From: Burkholderiales bacterium
GTDB taxonomy: Bacteria > Pseudomonadota > Gammaproteobacteria > Burkholderiales > JAHFRG01
Direction: 5' to 3'
DNA length: 64,000 bases
NCBI GenBank assembly: GCA_035624615.1
Contig: DASPRE010000066.1
Span: 16,555-80,554 of the forward strand
Part shown: piece after piece, positions 63,153 through 64,000 of the stretch
Position numbering within the stretch: position 1 is the stretch's first letter
How the letters are laid out: every line of letters begins with the position of its first letter
Notes under the pieces: model-generated
Told to the model about the DNA's origin: nothing
The model's input: the letters and a program-made list of their open reading frames with translations, nothing else
The model's database searches: none
Translations under genes and position numbers: made by a program

Positions 63153-64000
63153 TTACGCTCGTACCGGAGGCACACGGGTTGCCAGAAACACGATAGCAGC
63201 GCGCGCAGCACGATCGGTTTCATCGGTAAGTTTGCGCAACCGGTCGCTGATTTTTACCGGGTAGGGCGAACGTTGGTCCAGCGCCTTCAATTCGGCGGGC
63301 AAGTGTTGCAGGGCAGCCCCGCAGTGGGCGCGCGACTCAGCAAGCGATGGCACGGGTGGAAGGCGGCTTCCCCCGCGCATTACCGGGACGATTAGCGGTA
63401 CACCTTTGCATTGATCGCCTTCTACGGTTATTACATCGCCGCTTGCATGCCCGCGCTCATCGAAGTGCCGAAATACCTGCTTTCGACCAGGCCAAGTGGC
63501 CTTGCCCTCCGAACGTTTCCTGCGAGGACGTCCAGCGTACTCCTGCAACTTATATGCACAGTCCAGCGCCGGTGCATCTTCTGAGGTTACTAGGCTGGTT
63601 CCGACGCCGAATCCATCAATCGGTGCTCCCTCCGAAACCAGGCGATTTATGAGTTGTTCGTCGAGACCCCCGCTCGCGAATATGTGGATCTGCTGCAAGT
63701 CCGCTTCATCTAGGATTTGTCGCACGCGCTGCGCATGTTCCGCGAAATTGCCGCTATCGATTCGCACTCCTCGGACCGTAATGCCCTCACGTTCCAGCTT
63801 GCGGGCCAGTTCGACAACTTTCGCAGCGGCGGCCTCGGTGTCGTAGGTGTCGATTAGCAGCACAGTGTTTTGGGGATGAGCGCGCGCGAAGCGCTCAAAA
63901 GCAAAGAATTCGTCGTCGTGCGCCTCAATGAACGAATGCGCCATGGTGCCGTAGAGCGGTATACCGAATCGTTTTCCGGCAAGCACAGTAGCGGTTCCGC
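63153..64000 (-). CDS. pncB: Nicotinate phosphoribosyltransferase, C-terminal part (5' end lies off the window)
   Basis: It shows GIPLYGTMAHSFIEAH, LLIDTYDT, GVRIDSG and IFASGGLDE. The reading frame stays open to the window edge. Confidence 0.8.
   Translation of the reverse strand, partial: GTATVLAGKRFGIPLYGTMAHSFIEAHDDEFFAFERFARAHPQNTVLLIDTYDTEAAAAKVVELARKLEREGITVRGVRIDSGNFAEHAQRVRQILDEADLQQIHIFASGGLDEQLINRLVSEGAPIDGFGVGTSLVTSEDAPALDCAYKLQEYAGRPRRKRSEGKATWPGRKQVFRHFDERGHASGDVITVEGDQCKGVPLIVPVMRGGSRLPPVPSLAESRAHCGAALQHLPAELKALDQRSPYPVKISDRLRKLTDETDRAARAAIVFLATRVPPVRA

Overview
The window is a 64-kb proteobacterial chromosome segment whose gene order is typical of Betaproteobacteria. I cannot name the organism from sequence alone. 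Positions 1 to about 47.5 kb are tightly packed housekeeping genes. They run smc (3' end)-zipA-ligA-galU-hpt-MTAP-def, then convergent glnD-map, then the classic block rpsB-tsf-pyrH-frr-uppS-cdsA-dxr-rseP-bamA-skp-lpxD-fabZ-lpxA-lpxB-rnhB. Next comes a small insertion-like segment with a CopD-like membrane protein, a GT1 glycosyltransferase and an EgtB/SenA-type DinB+FGE enzyme. It is followed by a TrmH-family methyltransferase, ppsR, a ygfX-like gene, nadB, rpoE-rseA-rseB-degP, lepA-lepB-DUF4845-rnc-era-recO-pdxJ-acpS-nagZ, a CDF transporter, efp, a UDG, uvrC-pgsA, and a tRNA-Gly/Cys/Leu operon with the same order as E. coli pgsA-glyW-cysT-leuZ. Many adjacent genes overlap by 1-11 nt (ATGA/GTGA type), which suggests translational coupling. 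Directly after tRNA-Leu (ends 47976) the composition becomes visibly GC-richer. A roughly 15-kb accessory block (48096-63039) follows, with 12 genes in two divergent operons. The minus-strand operon encodes a class-III aminotransferase fused to an acyl-ACP-reductase-like domain, a DUF4260 protein, an FAD monooxygenase, a His-motif polytopic membrane protein, a standalone MprF-C-terminal (DUF2156) aminoacyl-transferase-like protein, a DAG-kinase-family kinase, a DAO-family flavoprotein and an MMPL/RND exporter. The plus-strand operon encodes an APC permease, an SCP2 lipid-binding protein, a ferritin-like diiron protein and a fatty-acid-hydroxylase-family protein. This enzyme set mirrors the unusual logic of valanimycin-type azoxy biosynthesis, but with a fatty-amine-forming front end and lipid-handling and export proteins. 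I consider it the main candidate for an undescribed system. I recognised no CRISPR array, transposase or integrase. The window ends inside a nicotinate phosphoribosyltransferase gene.
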